This document shows, piece by piece, positions 17,811 to 26,415 of a stretch of 49,500 nt of DNA; position 1 is the first letter of the stretch; each line of letters begins with the position of its first letter. The translations under genes were made by a program, and so were the position numbers. This stretch comes from an uncultured virus (IMG/VR IMGVR_UViG_3300028591_000091) (lineage: Duplodnaviria; Heunggongvirae; Uroviricota; Caudoviricetes): IMG/VR virus record IMGVR_UViG_3300028591_000091. One strand, given 5' to 3'. Below the pieces are notes generated by a model. It worked only from the letters and a program-made list of their open reading frames with translations, made no database searches and was not told where the DNA came from.

Positions 17811-18128
17811 TTAGACCAATTTTATAGCATTTGATAAGTCCAAAAATAATTCTTCTTCACTAATATATAAACTATATTTTATCTTTTTAAGAGTTAATAT
17901 ATTGTTGTGGTTAATAAATTCCTGAATATCTTCTTGAGTTAAATTTTCAGGTAATTTATTAATAACAATAGATATTTTAGATAAAAAATTATTCATGACT
18001 ATAAAATCATAAATCTCATAATAATCCCATAATAGGTCTTTAGTTGATTTAATTCTTTGTTCTTTTAGCCAAATATTTATAGAATTTACATCAACCAGTT
18101 TTTTAGTTAATCTTTTTGTTAATTTATT
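17811..18128 (-). CDS. hypothetical protein, start uncertain (frame open 44 codons upstream of ATG 17996)
   Basis: Open frame NKLTKRLTKKLVDVNSINIWLKEQRIKSTKDLLWDYYEIYDFIV-MNNF...; sits downstream of a bipartite promoter. Confidence 0.5.
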   Translation of the reverse strand, partial: NKLTKRLTKKLVDVNSINIWLKEQRIKSTKDLLWDYYEIYDFIVMNNFLSKISIVINKLPENLTQEDIQEFINHNNILTLKKIKYSLYISEEELFLDLSNAIKLV

Positions 18129-18180
18129 TTATTAATTAAACAGAGGATTGAATAAAATTTCCAATCCTCTTTGCCAGTTC

Positions 18181-18217
18181 CAAATATAAGGAGTTTAATT
18201 GAAAATTAACGCATTTT
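18181..18217 (-). promoter_or_regulatory. putative bipartite phage promoter
   Basis: AAAATGCGT-17 nt-CCTTATATTTG on the minus strand, followed by hairpin AGAGGATTG..CAATCCTCT. Confidence 0.7.
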
Positions 18218-18235
18218 ATCAATTTGGAGCAAAAT

Positions 18236-18271
18236 AAAAAAAGAGAGACAGTCTTCACAGATAGTCTCTCT
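18236..18271 (-). terminator. intrinsic terminator
   Basis: AGAGAGAC..GTCTCTCT hairpin followed by a T tract on the minus strand. Confidence 0.75.
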
Positions 18272-18317
18272 AAAATGGCTTTATTTTTGTTGAGTTATAC
18301 CACCCTTAACGGTTGTA

Positions 18318-18369
18318 CATATATAAGGAATATAATCGCACCATTCCCTTTTAATCCCTTATATATATG
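18318..18369. promoter_or_regulatory. back-to-back pair of putative promoters
   Basis: CCTTATATATG on minus (18318-18328) and CCTTATATATATG on plus (18357-18369, running into ATG 18367). Confidence 0.6.
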
Positions 18370-19005
18370 AAAATAATTAATGAAAAAGAATTTGGTCTTT
18401 TATATGACAAGTTGTATGAATATTTACAACAGACTGAGGGTAATATATATGGAGCTATAAAAGAAAGAGGAGAAGTAAATCGAACTTTAACACAATTTTG
18501 GTATTGCGGTAAAACTTGGGAGACAGTGACCTTAATTATTGCATATCATAATTCTAGAAAAGACTCTCTAATTTTAAAATTCTCCAATATAACCGTAAAA
18601 ATTCCTAAAAGTTCCTCGCTAAAAGAAATCAAAAAATTGTTAGACATTAAAGCAGATTTTTGTGAAACCTGCGAAATATCAGAGGAGGAATTTACGGAAG
18701 AATATAAAAACCTAAAATCATTAGTTACAAGAGCTAAAACCAAAAAAGAATTTGTGGTTTTACTCGATAATCTTAAAATAACTTCCAATAATAGAAGCCA
18801 CCTACATGCATATCGTAAAAGTGGAAAAATTTGGGAAATGATAGTATCTTTTATAGTGCTGATGAGAATAGGAATATATAAAGAAATTGTTGTAAATACA
18901 GATAAAGGGAAACTAGTATATACAGGGAAAGAGCAAGATTGTTTCCTGGTTTTAGAAAAGATAGAAAACCTTGTAAATAATCAAAACACGCCAAACAACC
19001 CCTGA
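18367..19005 (+). CDS. hypothetical protein
   Basis: 212-aa ORF; possible weak internal duplication (GKTWETV / GKIWEMI). Confidence 0.7.
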   Translation: MKIINEKEFGLLYDKLYEYLQQTEGNIYGAIKERGEVNRTLTQFWYCGKTWETVTLIIAYHNSRKDSLILKFSNITVKIPKSSSLKEIKKLLDIKADFCETCEISEEEFTEEYKNLKSLVTRAKTKKEFVVLLDNLKITSNNRSHLHAYRKSGKIWEMIVSFIVLMRIGIYKEIVVNTDKGKLVYTGKEQDCFLVLEKIENLVNNQNTPNNP

Positions 19006-19019
19006 ATTCCTTATTAGCG
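18983..19019 (+). promoter_or_regulatory. putative bipartite phage promoter
   Basis: AAAACACGC(18983-18991)-17 nt-CCTTATTAGCG(19009-19019). Confidence 0.6.
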
Positions 19020-19122
19020 TGGAAAAAGAGAGTTCCATTTGTTAGAGGAAAAAATTTGAGAGAGAGAAGTGAAGAAGATATCAAACTTTTCTTCTCTTTT
19101 TTATTAAATTAAAAATTGTGAT

Positions 19123-19368
19123 ATGGATGAATTTAAGATGTATTCTGGTGACTTAGGATATAATGGATCGGATAAAAACTATCTAGATTTCTATGATGAC
19201 GGAGTTACCCTGAATTATGACTACTACCCGTATTTTTTGGCAGAACAGATTTATCAATTGCCAACAGGGTATGAAGAACCAGAAACACTAGTAGTAAGGC
19301 CATTCCATACAACCTATCAAGAGCCTTTCTACACTAGTGATAGTAACTTATTATTTGTAAGAGGATAA
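19123..19368 (+). CDS. small acidic Tyr-rich hypothetical protein
   Basis: 81-aa ORF after a promoter and A-rich leader. Confidence 0.7.
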   Translation: MDEFKMYSGDLGYNGSDKNYLDFYDDGVTLNYDYYPYFLAEQIYQLPTGYEEPETLVVRPFHTTYQEPFYTSDSNLLFVRG

Positions 19369-19372
19369 AACT

Positions 19373-19543
19373 ATGGATGAAGAAACGCCCAAAACAGGAT
19401 CTCCTTTTATAGCTCAGGGTTATATTAGTAGCTATACAGGACCAGAAATTGACTTGGCTGTTACTAGAGCTAATGAAATGTGGTATAGTAGAATAGAAGC
19501 AGTTGAAGTAGAAGACCCAATACATGAAATAAAAAATTCTTAA
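19373..19543 (+). CDS. small hypothetical protein (56 aa, not in the ORF track)
   Basis: MDEETPKTGSPFIAQGYISSYTGPEIDLAVTRANEMWYSRIEAVEVEDPIHEIKNS; starts 4 nt after the previous stop and is followed by a hairpin. Confidence 0.7.
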   Translation: MDEETPKTGSPFIAQGYISSYTGPEIDLAVTRANEMWYSRIEAVEVEDPIHEIKNS

Positions 19544-19615
19544 GGGAAGAGGGATAAGGTAATAACTCAGTTTATTACTTTTATCCTTCTTATTTCTGAC
19601 TTATAGACGTCAATG

Positions 19616-19626
19616 CCTTATTAATG
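19616..19626 (+). promoter_or_regulatory. putative phage promoter, proximal box CCTTATTAATG
   Basis: Recurrent motif followed by hairpin AATCCCC..GGGGATT. Confidence 0.6.
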
Positions 19627-19659
19627 AATCCCCAAAGAAATGGGGATTAATGAGGAATA

Positions 19660-20700
19660 ATGAAAAATAAAAAATTAAAAATAGTACGAAGAATTGGAAT
19701 GCCCGAAACAAATTCCTCTTCATCACATGCGGTTTCTATTTCAACAAGCCCGGATAATCTTGTTAGTCCTGGAGATAAAGATTGGGATATTGAAATTACA
19801 GAAGATGGAGTTTTAAGAATACCAGGAGGAAGAGATTTCGGGTGGGAATATTTTAAAACAAATTCCATTCTTATTAAACTTCAATATCTTTGTGGAATAT
19901 ATTGTTATGATATAAGATCAGATTCTGGGAAAAAGAAAATTACCAGATTAAAAAAGATATTGAGACAGATATTTGGAGTAAAAGATGTAGAATTTCTTTG
20001 GATTACTGATTTTTCAGAAAGATTAAAAGAAGCAGAAGATCCTGAAGATGTTTACTATAGTTATCCAGAAATTGATCATAATTCTCATGATATATTTGAA
20101 GAGATAACAGAAAATATAAACGTTATCAGAACCTTCTTATTGTCACGAGATTCTTGGTTATTTGGAGGAAATGATAACTCTGATGCTCCCGCTGGTTTTT
20201 ATAGCAAGAGTATATGTAATAAACATGTTAGTGCTATTATAAGTATAGAACTTGGTGGAGAAATAGGCCGTGTTGATTGGGAAATAGAAAACTTATTTGA
20301 TAAAGTTGGTTCAGATGCAATAAAAAACACTATAACAAAAGAAGATTCATTCAATATATTAAATGAGATTTTTTATGATCAAAAAGAAAAAACATGGATT
20401 ATTCCTTCCACTACTGCAAACCGACAAAATAAAAACTTTTTAAAGGATTTAATAATACCTGATGGTTTATTTTCAATATTTAGATCACCAATAATATATA
20501 AAAACTCTAAACTTTATATATTATTTACAAGATGTAAGTTTAATGATGTTTGGATAGAAATTAAAAAAGGAAAAGGAAAAGATTATTATGAATATGATCA
20601 AATCACAAAAGAGGCTGTAGATTCATGTAAAGAAGGAGAAGATTATATATTATTCCCTATAAAAATTAAACTTTTAGATTATGGAAATTATGAAATATAG
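19660..20700 (+). CDS. phage protein of unknown function with ETNSSSSH motif
   Basis: N-terminal VRRIGMPETNSSSSHAVSI, internal IDHNS and GGNDN; coupled to the radical SAM gene. Confidence 0.8.
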   Translation: MKNKKLKIVRRIGMPETNSSSSHAVSISTSPDNLVSPGDKDWDIEITEDGVLRIPGGRDFGWEYFKTNSILIKLQYLCGIYCYDIRSDSGKKKITRLKKILRQIFGVKDVEFLWITDFSERLKEAEDPEDVYYSYPEIDHNSHDIFEEITENINVIRTFLLSRDSWLFGGNDNSDAPAGFYSKSICNKHVSAIISIELGGEIGRVDWEIENLFDKVGSDAIKNTITKEDSFNILNEIFYDQKEKTWIIPSTTANRQNKNFLKDLIIPDGLFSIFRSPIIYKNSKLYILFTRCKFNDVWIEIKKGKGKDYYEYDQITKEAVDSCKEGEDYILFPIKIKLLDYGNYEI

Positions 20701-21703
20701 ATCATCCTCAAACTTATATATAAACGGAAATTACATTGTTAAAACAGCTCGATATGGTAGTTCGTTTTTCGGACTATGGAAAAGAGCTCTGAGAATTGGA
20801 GAAGACCTAAAATCTGAATTTCCGGACTCTATTGATCTTAAAATATCTAATCGATGTTCTCACGGTTGTCCATTTTGTCATGAATCTAGTATTAAGAATG
20901 GAAAAATTCTAGATCTTGATAAAACTAAGGAAATTCTATCTCAACTTCCAACTAAACCAATTGAAATAGCTATTGGAGGTGGAAATGTATTAGAATGCTT
21001 AGATGAAACTGAAGACATCTTAGATTGGTTAAATAAAAGAGGATATCAAACAAGAATTACTATAACTTTTAACGATCTAAAATCTACGGGGTCCAAAAAA
21101 CTAGATGAAAAGATTACTAATATTTTATATGGAGTTGGTGGTTTAGGAATATCTATTACTTCTCTAAAAAGTACTGGAATCGATTTGTCTATATTGGAAA
21201 AGAATGGTAACTTTTTCCCCTTTAAAGGAGATTTGTTAAATTATACAGATCTCGGAAAAAATTTATCATTAGGTCCACAAATTGTATATCATGTTATAGC
21301 AGGAATAACTCCACTAGATGATATTAAGTGGCTAATAAAAAATACTAACAGTTCTATATTAATTTTAGGATTTAAACAGTGGGGAAGATCAAAAGATAGT
21401 GATATACCAGATCTATCTAAGCTAAAGGAATACTTAAAAGACTTAATTCAATCTCCGGAAAACAGTGATTTATCTACTATAGGATTTGATAATCTTGCAA
21501 TAGAACAACTTGATGTCAAAAATATCATTGGAGATAATTCATGGAAAGAAATTTATCTTGGGGATGAAGGAAGTTGCTCTATGTATATAGATGCAGTTAA
21601 AGGAGAATTTGCAAGAACTTCAAGATCTCCAGAAAGAATTTCATGGGATAATATAAAATTATTGGATTATTATGCTTCACTTAGTACCAAAAGAGAGATT
21701 TGA
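20681..21703 (+). CDS. radical SAM enzyme
   Basis: CxxxCxxC (CSHGCPFC) and IAIGGG motif. Confidence 0.9.
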   Translation: MEIMKYRSSSNLYINGNYIVKTARYGSSFFGLWKRALRIGEDLKSEFPDSIDLKISNRCSHGCPFCHESSIKNGKILDLDKTKEILSQLPTKPIEIAIGGGNVLECLDETEDILDWLNKRGYQTRITITFNDLKSTGSKKLDEKITNILYGVGGLGISITSLKSTGIDLSILEKNGNFFPFKGDLLNYTDLGKNLSLGPQIVYHVIAGITPLDDIKWLIKNTNSSILILGFKQWGRSKDSDIPDLSKLKEYLKDLIQSPENSDLSTIGFDNLAIEQLDVKNIIGDNSWKEIYLGDEGSCSMYIDAVKGEFARTSRSPERISWDNIKLLDYYASLSTKREI

Positions 21704-22202
21704 AAATTATTGTAAAGGTAAAAAACCTACACACCAAATCAACTTAACCCTAGGAAAAGATATTGAATGGCCATATTATGAGATACCAGAATCAGGATCT
21801 TGGCTTATTTATATGAAAGAACTAGGAATAGGATTAATCTTTGGTGAAGTTATTTCAGATTTTAATATAGACTATAGTGATTGGCTTCTAGAAAAAATAG
21901 GAGACAAGCCAAATAAAAAATATATTCTAAATGTAATGAAATCTTGTGTATTCCTTGACAGCGATTTTTATCAAACTGTAGAATCTGGTGAATGGAAAAT
22001 AACAAATACAAGATTTCCTTACAATATCACATTTTCTATTAAAGTTTGTGGATATATATATTATCCATCAACTTCAATTGGATATGAAGAGAAATTAAAA
22101 GTTCCGATTGATAAGTTAGAAATTAGAACAAAAGATAAACTAATAGAACATATTTGCTATGGAATTAGAGGAAATAATAAAAAAAGTAGTGAGCGAAGTT
22201 AA
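21672..22202 (+). CDS. hypothetical protein
   Basis: 176-aa ORF in operon. Confidence 0.7.
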   Translation: MLHLVPKERFENYCKGKKPTHQINLTLGKDIEWPYYEIPESGSWLIYMKELGIGLIFGEVISDFNIDYSDWLLEKIGDKPNKKYILNVMKSCVFLDSDFYQTVESGEWKITNTRFPYNITFSIKVCGYIYYPSTSIGYEEKLKVPIDKLEIRTKDKLIEHICYGIRGNNKKSSERS

Positions 22203-22575
22203 TAGAACACTCTGTCAATATGAAAAAAGTTGGGTATCTTGTGAAAGAATGCCTGGCGGAGGACGAGAAAGATGTGAAAGTTTTGAACATTTTATAGAAC
22301 TAAGATTTAATCGAGAGTGTTATAAAATTCCAGAACTACAAAAATTAATTCTCGCCACAGAAGGACATCTATTTCGGTGTACTTCTTTGGATGACCCAGA
22401 CTTAAATAAAAATAAATTTAGTATGGCTCATGTTGAAATGTTAGATCTTTCTGAAATTAGAGATGAAGATACTGACATAAAAGAAATGTTGATAGAAGTA
22501 CAAAAATTATTTGGAGGGAGAAAGCTTAGTTTTAATAGCGTAAAGAAAAAGATTAAATTTAAAATAGAGGACTAA
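22159..22575 (+). CDS. hypothetical protein
   Basis: 138-aa ORF in operon. Confidence 0.7.
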   Translation: MELEEIIKKVVSEVNRTLCQYEKSWVSCERMPGGGRERCESFEHFIELRFNRECYKIPELQKLILATEGHLFRCTSLDDPDLNKNKFSMAHVEMLDLSEIRDEDTDIKEMLIEVQKLFGGRKLSFNSVKKKIKFKIED

Positions 22576-22577
22576 TT

Positions 22578-24116
22578 ATGAACTGGAGATTAACAAGCGA
22601 AATTATAGCCTATGTACTTACTAGTAAAAAAGTATTTTTAGCTGCTACTGAGAAAAAACAATATCAAACTAGTGTATTAAAACTTATTGGTGATCAACCT
22701 TATCAAGAAGTCAGACTATATCAGAATCAGTTTGACCTTAAATTTGATGGAGATGATAACTCTATAGATCTTTACTTAAGATGTGAAGAATTATCTAACT
22801 CAGAAGAATGGTTTAGAGTAGCCAATTTTTATGAACCTGGAATATGGAATCTGATAGAAAACCATACTATAAAAGATGGTATAATAATTACAGAAGGAGA
22901 TAAATTTGAAGTTATCTTTGAAGAAAATCTCCCACAAGTTTCTTTCATTGAACCTAACATGAAAAACTTTAAGAAATGTTTTGAAGAGATGAGAAGAAAA
23001 ATGAATTGTGAAATGTGTAAGAAAACTAGTAAATGGATTCCTGGACATCGATATGACAATTTTTCTGAATCAGTTTTTCCTTTGTGTACTGTTAAAATCA
23101 AAAAAACATCTCTCACTAATTCACCATACCTGAAAGACTTAGACAAAATGCCAGAGGTTATGATATATGTAAATGAGATAAACAAAGAAACAACAGTATC
23201 GGAGGTTTTAAATAATAGAAGCTTTGGAGATGGACCTACAGATTTGAAAATAGCTTTTAAACCTAAACCGGCAGTAGATGCAGGAGAGGTGTTGAAAGAT
23301 GATTTTAGTGGAAACATTAAAGATTATTGGCTCTCTATTTATAATAATGCAAAAACTGAAAAGAAACCATTAAAGGAAATCTTGGATACTTTCTCAGTAA
23401 CCTCAGAAAAAATTGATACCCCTATTATTCCTAAAAAAGAGTTAATTGACCTAACTCAAGAAGTAATAGAAAAAGTATTAATTAATTGTTGGGGATTAAA
23501 TAATGTAAGAGAAGATCTAGTAGTTGGAGATAATAATATCATGGAAGAAAATATAGAAAGAACAGGAAAACTATTTGTAATTGATGGAATTCATGACATC
23601 AATTTCCTAAAAGGACTATATTATCCAGAACTATATAAAGACCTTGATATTAACTTCTCAGAGGCAGTAGAAAGAGCTATTGGAAATGTTTCTACTATAA
23701 AAATGTCTTATGATTTTGATATATACCTAAAATACATAGACTATTGGAAAAACCCACTGAGAATAGATGCAGAAAGATGTAGTTCAAAGCAAAGAATTAA
23801 ATCTACAAACTACAAACTTGATGTGGTTACTTTAAGTGATTTATACGGAGAAACATCTGAGCTTAAAAATACTCTGATAAAAATGATTAATAATGTTAGA
23901 GATAATTTTGGATTAGGTGCTTCTGAATATATAATAATTAATGTAGGAACTAAGAAAGATCCTAAAGCTTATATCTCTTGTAAAATAACCATAGAAGATC
24001 TCATTAAATATAAAAAAGGGGTATTAAACATGACTGAAACCCTTAAAGATGAGATCCTAAGAAACCACTTTGTCTGGGTACAAGTGGTGTTTGACAAGGA
24101 TGGAATTTTAACATAA
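22578..24116 (+). CDS. hypothetical protein
   Basis: 512-aa ORF, no motif recognised. Confidence 0.85.
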   Translation: MNWRLTSEIIAYVLTSKKVFLAATEKKQYQTSVLKLIGDQPYQEVRLYQNQFDLKFDGDDNSIDLYLRCEELSNSEEWFRVANFYEPGIWNLIENHTIKDGIIITEGDKFEVIFEENLPQVSFIEPNMKNFKKCFEEMRRKMNCEMCKKTSKWIPGHRYDNFSESVFPLCTVKIKKTSLTNSPYLKDLDKMPEVMIYVNEINKETTVSEVLNNRSFGDGPTDLKIAFKPKPAVDAGEVLKDDFSGNIKDYWLSIYNNAKTEKKPLKEILDTFSVTSEKIDTPIIPKKELIDLTQEVIEKVLINCWGLNNVREDLVVGDNNIMEENIERTGKLFVIDGIHDINFLKGLYYPELYKDLDINFSEAVERAIGNVSTIKMSYDFDIYLKYIDYWKNPLRIDAERCSSKQRIKSTNYKLDVVTLSDLYGETSELKNTLIKMINNVRDNFGLGASEYIIINVGTKKDPKAYISCKITIEDLIKYKKGVLNMTETLKDEILRNHFVWVQVVFDKDGILT

Positions 24117-24123
24117 AAAAAAA

Positions 24124-24339
24124 ATGAAACAACAGAATATAGAAGTTACAGGAGTAGTAACACAAGAACTTGGAAATTCTATTTTTAAAGTAGAATTAGA
24201 CGAAAGTGGAGCTCTAGTAACTTGTACAATATCAGGAAAAATCCGGATGAATTATATTCGGATAATGACTGGAGATAAAGTAAGAGTTGAAATATCTCCA
24301 TATGATTTAACCAGAGGAAGAATTGTCCGAAGGTTATAA
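24124..24339 (+). CDS. infA: translation initiation factor IF-1
   Basis: 71 aa; [55 protein letters not shown] is a clear IF-1 sequence. Confidence 0.97.
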   Translation: MKQQNIEVTGVVTQELGNSIFKVELDESGALVTCTISGKIRMNYIRIMTGDKVRVEISPYDLTRGRIVRRL

Positions 24340-24403
24340 GTGTGTGTTAACGGATCACTTGCTAAAACAGGTGATCCTATGTTTAATCCTTAAAGCGTAA
24401 ATC

Positions 24404-25078
24404 ATGAAGCTAGAAGGACATTACAACTTGATCGGCACATTGATCGGTCATCAGTATCCATTTTTCTTAGGTAATACAAAATTATCAGACTCGTATTACC
24501 TTTATCAGGTCACGACACCAACATTAAGTCCTGACCTAGTACCTTACATCTCTTTGACAAAAATCTCAGAGAAAACAAAAACAGATGCCTCGGGAAAAAC
24601 ATCTGACATTCTAAGTGTTTGTATGGGGAATAAAAAGAGCTCTCAAGGAACTAAAGCAGAGTTCTTGAAAACCCTGATTAGAAATGAAGAACTTGTTATT
24701 GTTGAGGAAGGTAAAGAATTTCCTTGGATCGAAATGATGCTGGGAAATAATATGCAAAAGTCTCTTATTGTATGTCTTAGAGATTCTTTGAGGTGGAAAA
24801 ATTATAAATTTACACCAAATCATTATGTAGATCTTTTATGGACATCTAAAGATTATTTGGTGTTTAAAATTATGGGAGATGGGAATAGTATCTGGATCGA
24901 ACCAGTATCTGCCTATCGAAATACTGATGTAGAGATGAAGAACCCAATTTCTGTAGATTGGTCTCGTATTAATTATCCGAAAGAACATTTTACAGGATTC
25001 GCAAAAGCATCTGACCTAAACCGAGCATTGAAGAGACTAGAATGGAGTAGCTTTGATAGACGACCATTCAGACTCTAA
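24404..25078 (+). CDS. hypothetical protein
   Basis: 224-aa ORF. Confidence 0.8.
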   Translation: MKLEGHYNLIGTLIGHQYPFFLGNTKLSDSYYLYQVTTPTLSPDLVPYISLTKISEKTKTDASGKTSDILSVCMGNKKSSQGTKAEFLKTLIRNEELVIVEEGKEFPWIEMMLGNNMQKSLIVCLRDSLRWKNYKFTPNHYVDLLWTSKDYLVFKIMGDGNSIWIEPVSAYRNTDVEMKNPISVDWSRINYPKEHFTGFAKASDLNRALKRLEWSSFDRRPFRL

Positions 25079-25105
25079 CAGTTTCTATATTAAAATGTAG
25101 AAAAT

Positions 25106-25150
25106 AAAAAACCTAACATTGGAATTTTACCTCCTTTGTTAGGTTCTTTT
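25106..25150. terminator. probable bidirectional terminator
   Basis: AACCTAACA/TGTTAGGTT inverted repeat flanked by A and T tracts between convergent units. Confidence 0.6.
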
Positions 25151-25300
25151 CCCAATGTTTTGCACATCCAGGATCATATTGAGAGAGAATAATACTCTTG
25201 ATTAATCCCTCTTTCACTTTCTCTACTAAATAATATTATCATCTCTGAATAAATAGCTATCTGTTAATCTATAATCTTTCATCATATATAAGGAATTGAT

Positions 25301-26344
25301 TTATCTTTTTCCTTGTATTTCAAAACCATTAACCCATTTTCCATCTTCAAGAAACTTTACGTCCTTTGTCCAGAAATATTCTTGAAGATCACTGGCCTTT
25401 GCTGTCTTTTGATAACCATATTTCTGATACATCTCTTTTAATGTTTCCTTGATTCTAGATTTTGAATATCTATATCCAGGTTTGAAATATCCGAAAATCA
25501 CATTAGCAAGTTCATCACTAATACCAGCCTCTCCCCGTTTCTGTTTATTCCATTCTTCTTTTAACTTAGATTCTTGAAAACTATTAGCTCTTATTCGATC
25601 TGGTCCCATTTCAACATAATAGTCCCTAAACTTTGGTGGAATTATGCCGAGAAAGTCTATCATATCCTTTTTTGATATATTCTTTTTAGATAATTTTACA
25701 AGATATCTAAGTTTTTCTACACTATTACTTAATTCATTAAATTGTTCCACCGATCTTTTAACTTTATTAGAGACTTTAGAAAGGTCCAATGAATTATCTT
25801 TGACATATTTTAATAAAATCTCTTCAGAAATATTATAATTTTCTTTAATGAACTTTATTTGATCAGTTGGGCCAAAATTTCTAAGTTTATTATATATAAA
25901 TACTCTTTTAGATTGTATTTCAGTTAAATTTGTTATATCTTTATAATAATTCTCTAAAATACATTCAACAAATAAATAATTAACTTCATAATAACCTCTT
26001 CCATTCTTAGAAGATTTCGGAAGTTGATCTATACGGGATCTAAGTTTTTCTGAAGTATCATAGGTGTTGAAAAATCCTAATACTTCCTGACAGCATTTAA
26101 ACCATTCTGCTCCATATAAACAATATTCTTTAAGATGTTGTTTTATTTTTGTTTCATCATTTTTTGAAAAATTTCCTTCATATACATGAAGAACTTTTAC
26201 TCCACCTTTTCCATAATAAGCCTCATATCCAGATTTCAATCGATTATCAAAATCTTCAGAAAATCCAAACTTAATTTTATAGCTAAGGTTATACTCCTCG
26301 TCCATATGAGGTAATAAGAGTACATATAAATAATTCTTTGTCAT
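25301..26344 (-). CDS. T5orf172/MUG113-like GIY-YIG domain protein with shared C-terminal domain
   Basis: YLYVL...KIKFGFS.DFDNRLK...E..IKQHL...GAEWF; C-terminus homologous to 1..288 and 26416..28431. Confidence 0.8.
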   Translation of the reverse strand: MTKNYLYVLLLPHMDEEYNLSYKIKFGFSEDFDNRLKSGYEAYYGKGGVKVLHVYEGNFSKNDETKIKQHLKEYCLYGAEWFKCCQEVLGFFNTYDTSEKLRSRIDQLPKSSKNGRGYYEVNYLFVECILENYYKDITNLTEIQSKRVFIYNKLRNFGPTDQIKFIKENYNISEEILLKYVKDNSLDLSKVSNKVKRSVEQFNELSNSVEKLRYLVKLSKKNISKKDMIDFLGIIPPKFRDYYVEMGPDRIRANSFQESKLKEEWNKQKRGEAGISDELANVIFGYFKPGYRYSKSRIKETLKEMYQKYGYQKTAKASDLQEYFWTKDVKFLEDGKWVNGFEIQGKR

Positions 26345-26415
26345 AATATAAAATTTATAAAAAGAGGATAATAACTATATTATAATTATTATTAGTCACT
26401 ATCCTCTTTATTTAT

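Noticed and set aside
25135..25293. Small gene behind the promoter box at 25283-25293 (minus)
   Set aside because: Only 19-34 codon fragments in three frames; possibly a decayed gene but not supportable as a CDS
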